Virus genome (UHGV): UHGV-1440563
Reading direction: 5' to 3' (one strand)
DNA length: 7,995 nt
Source of the DNA: a virus
The translations under genes and the position numbers were made by a program. Shown here one piece after another: positions 1 through 6,898 of this stretch (positions are counted from its first letter, which is position 1; each line of letters starts with the position of its first letter). The notes beneath the pieces are model-generated. The model was not told the DNA's origin. It did no database searches and saw nothing but the letters and a program-made list of their open reading frames with translations.

Positions 1-30
1 AAAATTTGGTTCGCACAATGACGTTATGCT

Positions 31-71
31 AAAAAGGCCGCTGCGGGATTCGATTTTCGCAACGGCCTTTT
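31..71. terminator. Bidirectional intrinsic-terminator-like hairpin: stem 36-45 GGCCGCTGCG pairs with 58-67 CGCAACGGCC (one C.A mismatch), 12-nt loop, flanked by AAAAA (31-35) and TTTT (68-71)
   Basis: Read directly from sequence. On the minus strand it lies about 70 nt downstream of the stop of the 77-aa ORF. Confidence 0.45.
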
Positions 72-101
72 CAACATAACGAGTCGTACATTATGCGCAC
101 C
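69..101 (-). other. dif-like XerC/XerD recombination site. Minus strand reads GGTGCGCATAA (XerC arm, identical to E. coli dif), TGTACGACTCG (11-nt central region), TTATGTTGAAA (XerD-like arm, 9 of 11 match to TTATGTTAAAT)
   Basis: Reverse complement of 69-101 compared with the E. coli dif consensus GGTGCGCATAA-TGTATA-TTATGTTAAAT recalled from memory. The arms match but the spacer is 11 nt instead of 6. Confidence 0.5.
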
Positions 102-139
102 AATGGTAAGGATGGCGGGAACTGGCGTTACCGGTGCCG

Positions 140-373
140 TCATTGGTCACAGACCGTAATCCACTGGCCCAGGACGTCTTTCAGGCAATGTTGGCATAAA
201 TCCAGTTTTAAGCGATTACTGTCACCAAAAATTGAACCGTATCCAGCTAAGTGATTAACAGACAGAAACTCATTGAACTCAATGTCATCTACCACCGTCT
301 TCGCATGGCGACCACAGCGATCGCAGGTCTTCGCACATAACATTACAGTATCGCTGGATGTGAAAAATTGCAT
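140..373 (-). CDS. Hypothetical 77-aa protein with zinc-ribbon-like Cys pairs (CDRC ... CQHC, about 40 residues apart); function unknown
   Basis: Strong Shine-Dalgarno (GAGGAGA, 5-6 nt before the ATG at 373) seen on the minus strand. Two CxxC pairs in the translation. Terminator-like hairpin downstream. No family recognised. Confidence 0.5.
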   Translation of the reverse strand: MQFFTSSDTVMLCAKTCDRCGRHAKTVVDDIEFNEFLSVNHLAGYGSIFGDSNRLKLDLCQHCLKDVLGQWITVCDQ

Positions 374-490
374 TTTATCTCCTCGTAATGCTGCCGCGCC
401 GAATCAGCAATAACGCTAAAAAAACAGAATTGTTCGGCTTGGCCAACCCCTGACACTAACAAAAGCAAGTTTTGTCATTGTCCGGGGTTA

Positions 491-799
491 TCATATAAAC
501 CAATAGACCGTCCTTACGCCATTCTGGTTATCAATAACATAGCCGCATTGTTTCCTTAAAAATTCTTCTGCTAAATCAATGGCTTTTACAGAAATCTCAT
601 AAGAAGGAAGTAAAGTGTATCCTTTCCCTTCACTGGCAGCTGCTTTGATCGCATCCAGAGTATTATCAATCAGTAACAGAGCAAGTGATGCTTCATTTAC
701 CTGAGCCGAAGAACTTCTGGCTGCAAGTGTCATTGTTTTTGCTTCTTCCGCTGTAATCGTTCGTTCTGCCAGAGCAGATAAAATCCCATAAGAATCCAT
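491..799 (-). CDS. Hypothetical 102-aa protein, Ala/Leu-rich and predicted helical; function unknown
   Basis: ORF begins 20 nt downstream (minus strand) of the hairpin that follows gIV. Weak SD (TGGGGT). Same strand as the phage genes. No family recognised. Confidence 0.45.
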   Translation of the reverse strand: MDSYGILSALAERTITAEEAKTMTLAARSSSAQVNEASLALLLIDNTLDAIKAAASEGKGYTLLPSYEISVKAIDLAEEFLRKQCGYVIDNQNGVRTVYWFI

Positions 800-819
800 T
801 AGTTACCCCAATCAATAAT

Positions 820-879
820 GTCCATTTGATGGATAGCGAGCAGGGCTCACGCACCTACCCGCTATCCATCAAAGTGGAC
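820..879 (-). other. Long imperfect hairpin: 19-bp stem (820-838 pairs with 860-879, one bulged nucleotide) and 21-nt loop, straddling the gIV stop codon. Candidate packaging signal or regulatory hairpin; no T-tract follows on the viral strand
   Basis: Inverted repeat GTCCATTTGATGGATAGCG / CGCTATCCATCAAAGTGGAC read directly. In Ff phages the packaging-signal hairpin sits immediately after gene IV. Confidence 0.4.
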
Positions 880-2134
880 GAATGATATGTGCTGTAAGCA
901 AAATATACATAATACGCTGTTCATTGCTGTCTGCCTTGCTACTGAAAATCCAGCCTATAAGAGGAATTTTACTTATAACTGGAACTGAACGCTCGGCATT
1001 GCTGAACGATGAATCGATAAGCCCCCCCAATAACAACGTCTGACCATCCTTAATCTGGACTGTCGTCTGAATCTGGCGCTGATTAGTAATAATATCGGAT
1101 GCCTGATCATCATTGCTGATTGAATCAGCGCGAGTGTCGATAGTCAGAACTAGTTGCCCGTTACCCATGACAACAGGCGTTACCTTGAGAGAAACGCCAA
1201 CATCATGACGCTCGATAGTCTGAAACGGATTATTTACCCCGGCAGATTCGCCCGTTACCTTTCCGGTGATAAACGGCACATTCTTACCTACGGAAATGTA
1301 ACCAGTCTGACCAGACTGAGTAAGAATACGCGGCGTTGAAATCACCTTAGAGCGTGAATTACTCTGGACAGCACGCAGAGACAGCGCCAACACGTTACCA
1401 TCAAAAATACCAAAAGAACCGCCCGCCGTAGAAAGAGCACTACCCAGTGCAGAAGTATTAAAGCCCCCCGCAACCTTATGACCGGATGCAGAACCTGCCG
1501 CAAACGATAAATCAACGCCATCAGACAAGCTGGTTTCAAACATCAGCGACTGAATGAGAACCTGATCGCGGGCAACATCCACAGAATTGATAAAATCGGA
1601 CAGAACCGGCAGCAGCTCGTCAGGCGCAGAAACAATCAGCGAGTTATTGCCTGGATAATCCACGACATTACCACCACCATTAGAATCAAGATAAATTTTA
1701 ATCAGTTGCTGAACATCGGACGATCTAACTTTTGTCAGCTTAAAATTTCTGACCGTAAGCGCCACAGGTACTGGCTGGTAAGATGGCTCAGAAGGAAAAG
1801 TATCATAAGACTGGTTATCAGAATCATCGGAATCCGAAACCATCTGTGAAGGTAATTTAGACGGCAAAGAGACTACCGCAGGATTGCCAGAAAGCATGAC
1901 AAAACCGTTAGCATTCAGAACAGACTTAAAGAAATCATCAATATTTGTTGGATTAACATCAGCATTAAATACGGTTACGTTTCCTTTAATATCAGGATTA
2001 ACAATAACAGGCTTGCCAGTTTTTGAAGAATACCACTGAACAAATGAGCGAACAGATGAATTATTTAAATTAACAGTTTCAGCAGAAACGCAGAATGAAC
2101 AGGCAAATAAAAAAGCAACAATAACAGAGCGCAT
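869..2134 (-). CDS. IV: pIV secretin (phage export channel), with N-terminal signal peptide
   Basis: Translation aligns along its length with M13 pIV, including near-identical C-terminal secretin blocks (VPFITGKVTGESAGVNNPFQTIER, LLLGGL, SKIPLIG). Start moved to the ATG at 2134 (MRSVIVAFLF...) which has an AGGAG SD; the track ORF extends 31 codons further upstream. Confidence 0.9.
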   Translation of the reverse strand: MRSVIVAFLFACSFCVSAETVNLNNSSVRSFVQWYSSKTGKPVIVNPDIKGNVTVFNADVNPTNIDDFFKSVLNANGFVMLSGNPAVVSLPSKLPSQMVSDSDDSDNQSYDTFPSEPSYQPVPVALTVRNFKLTKVRSSDVQQLIKIYLDSNGGGNVVDYPGNNSLIVSAPDELLPVLSDFINSVDVARDQVLIQSLMFETSLSDGVDLSFAAGSASGHKVAGGFNTSALGSALSTAGGSFGIFDGNVLALSLRAVQSNSRSKVISTPRILTQSGQTGYISVGKNVPFITGKVTGESAGVNNPFQTIERHDVGVSLKVTPVVMGNGQLVLTIDTRADSISNDDQASDIITNQRQIQTTVQIKDGQTLLLGGLIDSSFSNAERSVPVISKIPLIGWIFSSKADSNEQRIMYILLTAHIIRPL

Positions 2135-2141
2135 AATAATA

Positions 2142-2516
2142 TTACTCCTGACAGGTAACAGTCTGTAAATAACGGCCTTTTCTAATAACAACACGACAGG
2201 CATCTTTAATATCAACGGAATAACCATCTTTAATCAAATCAAAATACTGATATTTCATGCCTTTTGCATCAACAAACGTAACGGAAACGTCAAAGCCAAG
2301 TTGTGAAAAAGAATTAATAGAAAGTCGGGGTAAGTCACTGGACGAATCAGGCGTTACCGCCCTCGCCTGTTCAGCATAAGCAGATTTAATAGCTGAGATT
2401 TCATCAACATTCTTTCCAGACTGGAGCCAGAAACCAAACGCAAGCCCCAGCGCCAAAAAAGAAAGCATTAATATAAGACGGTTCGATTTGCGAAAATAAA
2501 TTTTAGTGAGGCGCAT
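2142..2516 (-). CDS. XI: pXI, in-frame internal restart product of gene I (C-terminal 124 aa)
   Basis: Internal Met at residue 241 of pI (MRLTKIYFRK) aligns with the M13 pXI start (MKLTKIYLKK). No convincing SD at proper spacing, so called by homology of position only. Confidence 0.5.
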   Translation of the reverse strand: MRLTKIYFRKSNRLILMLSFLALGLAFGFWLQSGKNVDEISAIKSAYAEQARAVTPDSSSDLPRLSINSFSQLGFDVSVTFVDAKGMKYQYFDLIKDGYSVDIKDACRVVIRKGRYLQTVTCQE

Positions 2517-3236
2517 ATAATAACTAAATCCTCTGTGAACAGAAAATTGACCGTGCGTGATAAATGGTGGCAAAAGCGAAAATGCGCCATGAGGATAATT
2601 ATCTGTGAACGCTTGTTTGGTATTGTAAGCAGAATAAAGAGATTTTCCTGTATATATCCATTTATCAACAGTGATTGAATTAACATTATCACCATATTTG
2701 ACAATGCCAAAGTGTACCTTTGGTAAAGAAAATCTCGCCCCTGAAACCAAATTCATAATGGAGCCAACAAAAGGAATGTTTAATTTATCTGAACGGCGAC
2801 AATAAACAACATGCTCAGCAAGCGCCAGACGAGCTTGCTTATCCATTATCGAAATATCCTGAATCAAAAATATAATATCCCAGCCTAATTTTCTGGCATG
2901 TAAAAACCAGTCAATAACAGGTTGTCTGTCTTTATCACCCCATGAGCGGGAATTAAACCAAGTACCACATTCATCAAGTACAAGGAGGCCATTACGGGAT
3001 TCATCGTAAGATGTATTCCCAGTACCAATAGCAAGTAAATCATTTAATGAAGGCTTGTCAGGAATGCGAATAACGCGCGTTTTTTTCGCATAACGCCCAA
3101 CCATAGGCATATTATGCAATTTAAGATCAAGATTAGTGGCAACAGGACAACCCTTAGCAAGTCTTTCCTGTATTCTGGAAACACTAACAAGTGTCTTGCC
3201 TGAGCCTAATTTGCCTGTTACTACATAAACCGCCAT
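2142..3236 (-). CDS. I: pI assembly ATPase (Zot-like, P-loop NTPase)
   Basis: N-terminus MAVYVVTGKLGSGKTLVSV matches M13 pI MAVYFVTGKLGSGKTLVSV (Walker A motif). Collinear similarity continues through LLVLDECGTWFN and HARKLGWDIIFL. The ATG directly abuts the pVI stop. Confidence 0.92.
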   Translation of the reverse strand: MAVYVVTGKLGSGKTLVSVSRIQERLAKGCPVATNLDLKLHNMPMVGRYAKKTRVIRIPDKPSLNDLLAIGTGNTSYDESRNGLLVLDECGTWFNSRSWGDKDRQPVIDWFLHARKLGWDIIFLIQDISIMDKQARLALAEHVVYCRRSDKLNIPFVGSIMNLVSGARFSLPKVHFGIVKYGDNVNSITVDKWIYTGKSLYSAYNTKQAFTDNYPHGAFSLLPPFITHGQFSVHRGFSYYMRLTKIYFRKSNRLILMLSFLALGLAFGFWLQSGKNVDEISAIKSAYAEQARAVTPDSSSDLPRLSINSFSQLGFDVSVTFVDAKGMKYQYFDLIKDGYSVDIKDACRVVIRKGRYLQTVTCQE

Positions 3237-3581
3237 TTAAATCACCCTGTTTGCATAATCAAGAAATTTTTGTTTTAAATCGAAAACAAAAACACTGATA
3301 CGAGTAACCATAATAACGTTAACACACGCCTGAAAATGGTCAGGCAATACAGACGCCATTAAATGGGAGAAATCAGCAGGTAAACCGTTATACATGACCT
3401 CAGCAAGGTACTGCATTAAAAGCGTAACAGTTGTTGTAATTAATGCGACCAATGCAAAGGCGATTAATCCTGTTCTGGTAGCAAGTCGAGCTAAAAAACT
3501 CGCCACATAGCCAATAAACAAAGGAACAAGACCAATAAGAAAACGCAACAATGCAGGAATACCTAATAATAAAGGCATCAC
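3237..3581 (-). CDS. VI: pVI minor coat protein (virion tip, membrane-embedded)
   Basis: [14 protein letters not shown]... aligns with M13 pVI MPVLLGIPLLLRF... and shares the C-terminal block FVFDLKQK vs FIFDVKQK. The ATG overlaps the pIII stop (ATGA); the second Met at 3578 may be the true start. Confidence 0.88.
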   Translation of the reverse strand: MMPLLLGIPALLRFLIGLVPLFIGYVASFLARLATRTGLIAFALVALITTTVTLLMQYLAEVMYNGLPADFSHLMASVLPDHFQACVNVIMVTRISVFVFDLKQKFLDYANRVI

Positions 3582-4855
3582 TCACCCCCTTTGCGAAGCA
3601 ATGAAGTTAAAGAAGTAAAGACATACCAGAACGTAAGGCAATAAAAAACCCATGAAAGAACATCTTTAATAGTCAGTAATTTATCGCAACCAATATCAAT
3701 CTGATAAACCTCTCCGGGAAAAATAATAAAATCAGAGCAGCCGTTACCATTGGGTAAATTAGGCAGCATAGCACCTTTATTTAAAAATGCTTCCCATAAA
3801 GCACCGTGAGAATCCTTTTCAATTCCCAATTCAGAATCAGCCAAAGTAGAAGCGCCATCTAATTCAGAGTCGCCCTTTCCATAACGAGAATCACCACCTG
3901 AAGGGTCAGCAAAACGGCCAGCCCCCCGCGTAAGATTGTTAATGGAATCGTCAAGACGATTTATATTATTCCTGGTTTGTTCATCGGCATTTTTTTTATC
4001 ATCTGATGAAGTGTCTTTCTCCGTTAATTTATCATGAATATCGCTGGCTATTTTGGGTGAAGCACCTTCGATCGCAGACTGAATATCACCTTTAGAAAGA
4101 CTGGAACCACTAGAGCCACCGCCAGAACTACCGCCAGAGCCACCGCCAGAACTACCGCCAGAACTACCGCCAGAGCCACCGCCAGAACTACCGCCAGAAC
4201 TACCGCCGCCAGACTCACCACCACCGGACTCACCACCGCCATTTTGGGGGGTTGAGGGTTTATCAGAGGGGTCAGCTACAGCACCTGTAGGCTTCCATGT
4301 TGCAGCGCAAACAGTACCATCACCCTGACAAACAATGACACCAGTAGCCTCATATTCACAGCCGTTATAGTAGATATAGCGACCACCATCATATGAATCA
4401 ACATTATTAAATACACCTTCTTCTGGCGGCTTCGCTTCACAAATTTCTTCTGGTGTCGGGTCAGTAGGTTTTTCATCAGGAACAGAACGCTGAATATTAC
4501 CAACAATATAAGCCGTTAAAGACCAATATTTATCCTTCTGCCCTGGTGAATCGCTGTAAGTACAATCACCAGTAAAAACAAGACGGAATTCAGAATCAGG
4601 CCAGATACCCTCATAAGTTGGTTTAACCCGAGTAAATACACTCTGAGCACTGGATTTAGCACCCTGACAAGCGGAGGCCTGCATAGCAGCATCAATATAG
4701 TAAACCGTTGTCTTAGAGCCATCCTGATTGGTTATTTGCTTACTTTCAGCGTAGGCAGAACTTTGATAAGTGGATTTAGTAATGCTTTCCCATGACTCAG
4801 CATGTGAAAAAGGAGAAATGAGGACAGCGGAAAGAATTAATATTTTCCTTTTCAT
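3578..4855 (-). CDS. III: pIII adsorption (attachment) protein: signal peptide, divergent N-terminal receptor-binding region, Gly/Ser linker, conserved C-terminal membrane anchor
   Basis: Start set at the internal ATG 4855 ([19 protein letters not shown], compare M13 MKKLLFAIPLVVPFYSHS). Gly/Ser-rich linker. C-terminus NKGAM...NGNG...IGCDKL...FWYVFTS resembles the M13 pIII C-terminal domain. Confidence 0.88.
   Translation of the reverse strand: MKRKILILSAVLISPFSHAESWESITKSTYQSSAYAESKQITNQDGSKTTVYYIDAAMQASACQGAKSSAQSVFTRVKPTYEGIWPDSEFRLVFTGDCTYSDSPGQKDKYWSLTAYIVGNIQRSVPDEKPTDPTPEEICEAKPPEEGVFNNVDSYDGGRYIYYNGCEYEATGVIVCQGDGTVCAATWKPTGAVADPSDKPSTPQNGGGESGGGESGGGSSGGSSGGGSGGSSGGSSGGGSGGSSGGGSSGSSLSKGDIQSAIEGASPKIASDIHDKLTEKDTSSDDKKNADEQTRNNINRLDDSINNLTRGAGRFADPSGGDSRYGKGDSELDGASTLADSELGIEKDSHGALWEAFLNKGAMLPNLPNGNGCSDFIIFPGEVYQIDIGCDKLLTIKDVLSWVFYCLTFWYVFTSLTSLLRKGGE
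4100..4240 (-). repeat. Tandem short-period repeats encoding the Gly/Ser-rich pIII interdomain linker (GGGES / GGSS / GGGS units)
   Basis: Reiterated accgccaga(a/g)c units visible on the plus strand; the translation is 47 residues of G, S and E. Confidence 0.85.
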
Positions 4856-4865
4856 AGTAACCCGC

Positions 4866-4891
4866 TTTAATAAAGGGGCAACGAGTGCCCC
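4866..4891 (-). terminator. Intrinsic terminator between gVIII and gIII: stem GGGGCA / TGCCCC (4875-4880 and 4886-4891), 5-nt loop, then TTTATTAAA on the viral strand
   Basis: Read directly. Position corresponds to the terminator that follows gene VIII in Ff phages. Confidence 0.6.
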
Positions 4892-4901
4892 TGAGTGAAA
4901 T

Positions 4902-5144
4902 TCAAACCGCTTTTGAAGAGAATTTTTTGAAAATACGAATGGCAAGCCCAGCGCCAACCACAGCCACAACAACAGGCCATACTTTACCAATGAGATCATT
5001 TGCCTGAGTCAACAAAGCATCCATTGCCTGGCCTGCATAATCAGTACCACCTGTAGCGCCTTCAGCCGCAAAAGAACTTGCAGAAATAAAAAGCGCAGTT
5101 GAAGCCAGAGCAACTTTATATTTAACAGTAGACAGAATTTTCAT
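4902..5144 (-). CDS. VIII: pVIII major coat protein precursor (signal peptide cleaved after SFA; 54-aa mature protein)
   Basis: The ...SFAAEG... cleavage region matches M13, and the basic C-terminus [11 protein letters not shown] matches M13 KLFKKFTSKAS. GGAG SD 9 nt upstream. Confidence 0.92.
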   Translation of the reverse strand: MKILSTVKYKVALASTALFISASSFAAEGATGGTDYAGQAMDALLTQANDLIGKVWPVVVAVVGAGLAIRIFKKFSSKAV

Positions 5145-5163
5145 AGGAATAACTCCATTAAGG

Positions 5164-5259
5164 TTACATTAATCGGTCAGAAAATGATTTAAATGAACCG
5201 ACCGCATAGAAAAGGGCAAAACCAAAGGTATAAGCCCCGAAGAAATAAACGATATACAT
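5164..5259 (-). CDS. IX: pIX minor coat protein (31 aa)
   Basis: Hand translation MYIVYFFGAYTFGFALFYAVGSFKSFSDRLM resembles M13 pIX (MSVLVYSFASFVLGW...FTRLME). Start overlaps the pVII stop (TAATG). It is the C-terminal part of track ORF 5164-5388. Confidence 0.7.
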   Translation of the reverse strand: MYIVYFFGAYTFGFALFYAVGSFKSFSDRLM

Positions 5260-5345
5260 TAACGAAAGACCCCCGCAGTAATCGCGCCGAGGCCAAAAGA
5301 AATAACGATGCCAGACGCTATCAAAATTTGAATAACATCGTCCAT
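5259..5345 (-). CDS. VII: pVII minor coat protein (28 aa)
   Basis: Not in the ORF track; found by reading the minus strand. MDDVIQILIASGIVISFGLGAITAGVFR resembles M13 pVII (...ISVVLCFALGIIAGGQR). The ATG lies 2 nt after the gV stop, in the expected position. Confidence 0.7.
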   Translation of the reverse strand: MDDVIQILIASGIVISFGLGAITAGVFR

Positions 5346-5347
5346 AT

Positions 5348-5665
5348 TTAACCTTTGATCTCTGCGATGCCACCATCGGAAGAAACATTATAAGTTACAC
5401 CTTCCCTACCCTCCATTGACCACGCACGGACATAGACAGGAATTTGAACTAATTTCCCAATGAAAGCATTCGCCTGGTTCATTAGACCTGCGTTAACGAG
5501 AGCCTGAGAAACTCGAATAATAATTTGATCCTGCTTTGTACCACCAAAACCATCAGGTATTTCAAGGCCAATACCAATTTCATTATAATAGCCCTGACCA
5601 TTAACTTTATTACGTTGGCGGGCTCCCAACATTTTACCCTTAACGAAAAGACCATAATTAGACAT
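5348..5665 (-). CDS. V: Putative ssDNA-binding protein in the gene V position; only weak resemblance to Ff pV
   Basis: Called mainly on synteny (between gII and gVII) and a good SD (AAGGAAAG). Local motif GQGYYNEI vs M13 GKPYSLNEQ. At 105 aa it is longer than Ff pV. Confidence 0.55.
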   Translation of the reverse strand: MSNYGLFVKGKMLGARQRNKVNGQGYYNEIGIGLEIPDGFGGTKQDQIIIRVSQALVNAGLMNQANAFIGKLVQIPVYVRAWSMEGREGVTYNVSSDGGIAEIKG

Positions 5666-5676
5666 ATTACTTTCCT

Positions 5677-5991
5677 TTAATGCCAGCTACTGGCGTGCGA
5701 AATACGGTTGTAATCGAAAATAAAACCTTTCTCATAAATCCATAAGGGGATTTCCGCTGGCTTGGCTTCCAGCGTTCTTATTAGCGGAACAACGTTATTA
5801 GAGTCTGGTGAATCACAATAGAAATTAATATCGATACCGAACGAAAGCAATTCTCTTCTATGGCGATAAAAAGTGTTATGAGGTAACATTTCTTTCATGT
5901 TAGCCCCTTGTTTCCAAAGTAAATAAGTTGACTGTATTTTTCTTGGCAGTTTCGTTATTTTTTCATCACTTAAAATAGCATTCTGATTCAT
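5677..5991 (-). CDS. X: pX, in-frame internal restart within gene II (C-terminal 104 aa)
   Basis: Internal ATG at 5991 preceded by GGGAGA SD. MNQNAILSDEK... aligns with the M13 pX start MNIYDDSAVLDA... Confidence 0.6.
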   Translation of the reverse strand: MNQNAILSDEKITKLPRKIQSTYLLWKQGANMKEMLPHNTFYRHRRELLSFGIDINFYCDSPDSNNVVPLIRTLEAKPAEIPLWIYEKGFIFDYNRISHASSWH

Positions 5992-6729
5992 TTCTATTCT
6001 CCCTACATATTCAGAGAATAATTGACGTGGTGTTTTCATATTCCAGTTAGCGCCAAGCGTTAAATTTAAATCAATAAGCTCAGTTGTTCTTAATGTTAAT
6101 TCAATACGTAATTTATCTTTCGTCCAGTCCAGTAACCCGGCTCGTACAAACTCTTCGGCTATCTGGTGCCCTTTTTTACCAGAAACGTGTTCATCATATT
6201 TTGAATAAAATTTCAGACTCCATCGACGGGAGTTTTTACCTAAATAAACTGTACCGCCTTTCCCACATGCGCGACCATGGCGTGTTTTAGCTTTAAATTC
6301 GGCGGCATAAAGCCATGATCTGACATTTTCCAGCGTAGATAATGAATACATGTAATTAATGTCAACACGTGAAATTTTATACTGACCTGCCATAACGGCT
6401 TTATAAGACGCTAAATCATGAGGAATATTCAATAAGGATAAAATCCTGGCATAGACCGTCAACATGAGCCCTTGTATATCATCCGACCCAACAACAGAAT
6501 GCCCCTGCAGAAACTTGGAAGGATTACCATCAATGTACAAATGTGTCGCTTTACCTTCGCCATTAGATCCTATCGATCGTACTTTCATCGTTGCTTCATG
6601 CGAGCCGCGAACAGTCAGTCGCTTAACGGTTTCCCACTCAATTGCACCGTCAGCATCAACGCTGACAACACTCCCCGCCGGAAGCGGTTTGTGTGTGCAA
6701 GGGAAAATCCCGGTAAGCCAATCGATCAC
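5677..6729 (-). CDS. II: pII rolling-circle replication initiator (nickase)
   Basis: Collinear similarity to M13 pII (LQGHSVVGSDD vs LQGHNVFGTTD; NNVVPLIRT vs NNVVPLVRF). Preferred start is GTG at 6729 (V-I-D-W, compare M13 M-I-D-M) with GAGGA SD 7 nt upstream. The track ORF starts at an upstream GTG (6771) that has no SD. Confidence 0.85.
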   Translation of the reverse strand: MIDWLTGIFPCTHKPLPAGSVVSVDADGAIEWETVKRLTVRGSHEATMKVRSIGSNGEGKATHLYIDGNPSKFLQGHSVVGSDDIQGLMLTVYARILSLLNIPHDLASYKAVMAGQYKISRVDINYMYSLSTLENVRSWLYAAEFKAKTRHGRACGKGGTVYLGKNSRRWSLKFYSKYDEHVSGKKGHQIAEEFVRAGLLDWTKDKLRIELTLRTTELIDLNLTLGANWNMKTPRQLFSEYVGRIEMNQNAILSDEKITKLPRKIQSTYLLWKQGANMKEMLPHNTFYRHRRELLSFGIDINFYCDSPDSNNVVPLIRTLEAKPAEIPLWIYEKGFIFDYNRISHASSWH

Positions 6730-6771
6730 GAATAAATCCTCAAAATTGCAAAAATGACGACTTACTAACAC

Positions 6772-6857
6772 ATGAGTTCAGTAGTTCATTAGTGTTTAAA
6801 CATTACACCAGTGAGCTAGTGAGTTCAAGAGGCTTGGATGATATGAGTTCATGAGCA
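6772..6857. promoter_or_regulatory. Direct-repeat array in the divergent gII / RHH-ORF control region: (A/G)TGAGTTCA at 6772-6780, 6819-6827, 6843-6851, plus degenerate copies (GTAGTTCA 6781-6788, GTGAGCT 6811-6817, ATGAGCA 6851-6857)
   Basis: Read directly. Three exact 8-mers within 80 bp in the gII upstream region; candidate operator or origin-associated binding sites. Confidence 0.45.
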
Positions 6858-6898
6858 TGTATACTCACTTCAAATATTGCATTGAACGAGCGTAAAAA

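Noticed and set aside
427-460. Possible terminator between the 102-aa and 77-aa ORFs (TTGGCCAA palindrome plus T7 run on the minus strand)
   Set aside because: No convincing stem immediately precedes the T-run; the palindrome is short. Left uncalled.
1154-1539. Track ORFs 1154-1339 (+) and 1342-1539 (-) inside gIV
   Set aside because: Fully embedded in or antisense to the well-supported pIV secretin gene; no SD and no recognisable features; out-of-frame or antisense artefacts.
869-2227. Longer N-terminal extensions of pIV (to 2227) and pIII (to 4999) as given by the ORF track
   Set aside because: The extensions lack SD sequences and overlap upstream genes; internal ATGs at 2134 and 4855 give signal peptides matching M13 pIV and pIII.
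2468-2710. Track ORF 2468-2710 (-), 80 aa
   Set aside because: Lies out of frame within gene I, whose reading frame is supported by collinear similarity to M13 pI.
3400-3585. Track ORF 3400-3585 (-), 61 aa
   Set aside because: Alternative frame within gVI; Cys-rich low-complexity translation; the pVI frame is supported by homology.
4100-4240. Short-period tandem repeats as a possible CRISPR array or VNTR
   Set aside because: Units are 9-15 nt, in frame, and encode the Gly/Ser linker of pIII; no spacer/repeat architecture.
4048-4722. Track ORFs 4048-4242, 4276-4506 and 4516-4722 (-)
   Set aside because: Out-of-frame readings inside gIII. The first is the AVVLAV repeat produced by reading the Gly/Ser-linker DNA repeats in another frame.
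5164-5388. 74-aa track ORF treated as a single gene
   Set aside because: Its N-terminal part overlaps the 3' end of gV. Reading the strand shows two canonical small genes instead: gVII (5259-5345, different frame) and gIX (5164-5259).
6084-6757. Plus-strand ORFs 6084-6290, 6464-6757 and 6472-6735
   Set aside because: Antisense to gII, which is supported by similarity to M13 pII; no independent signals.
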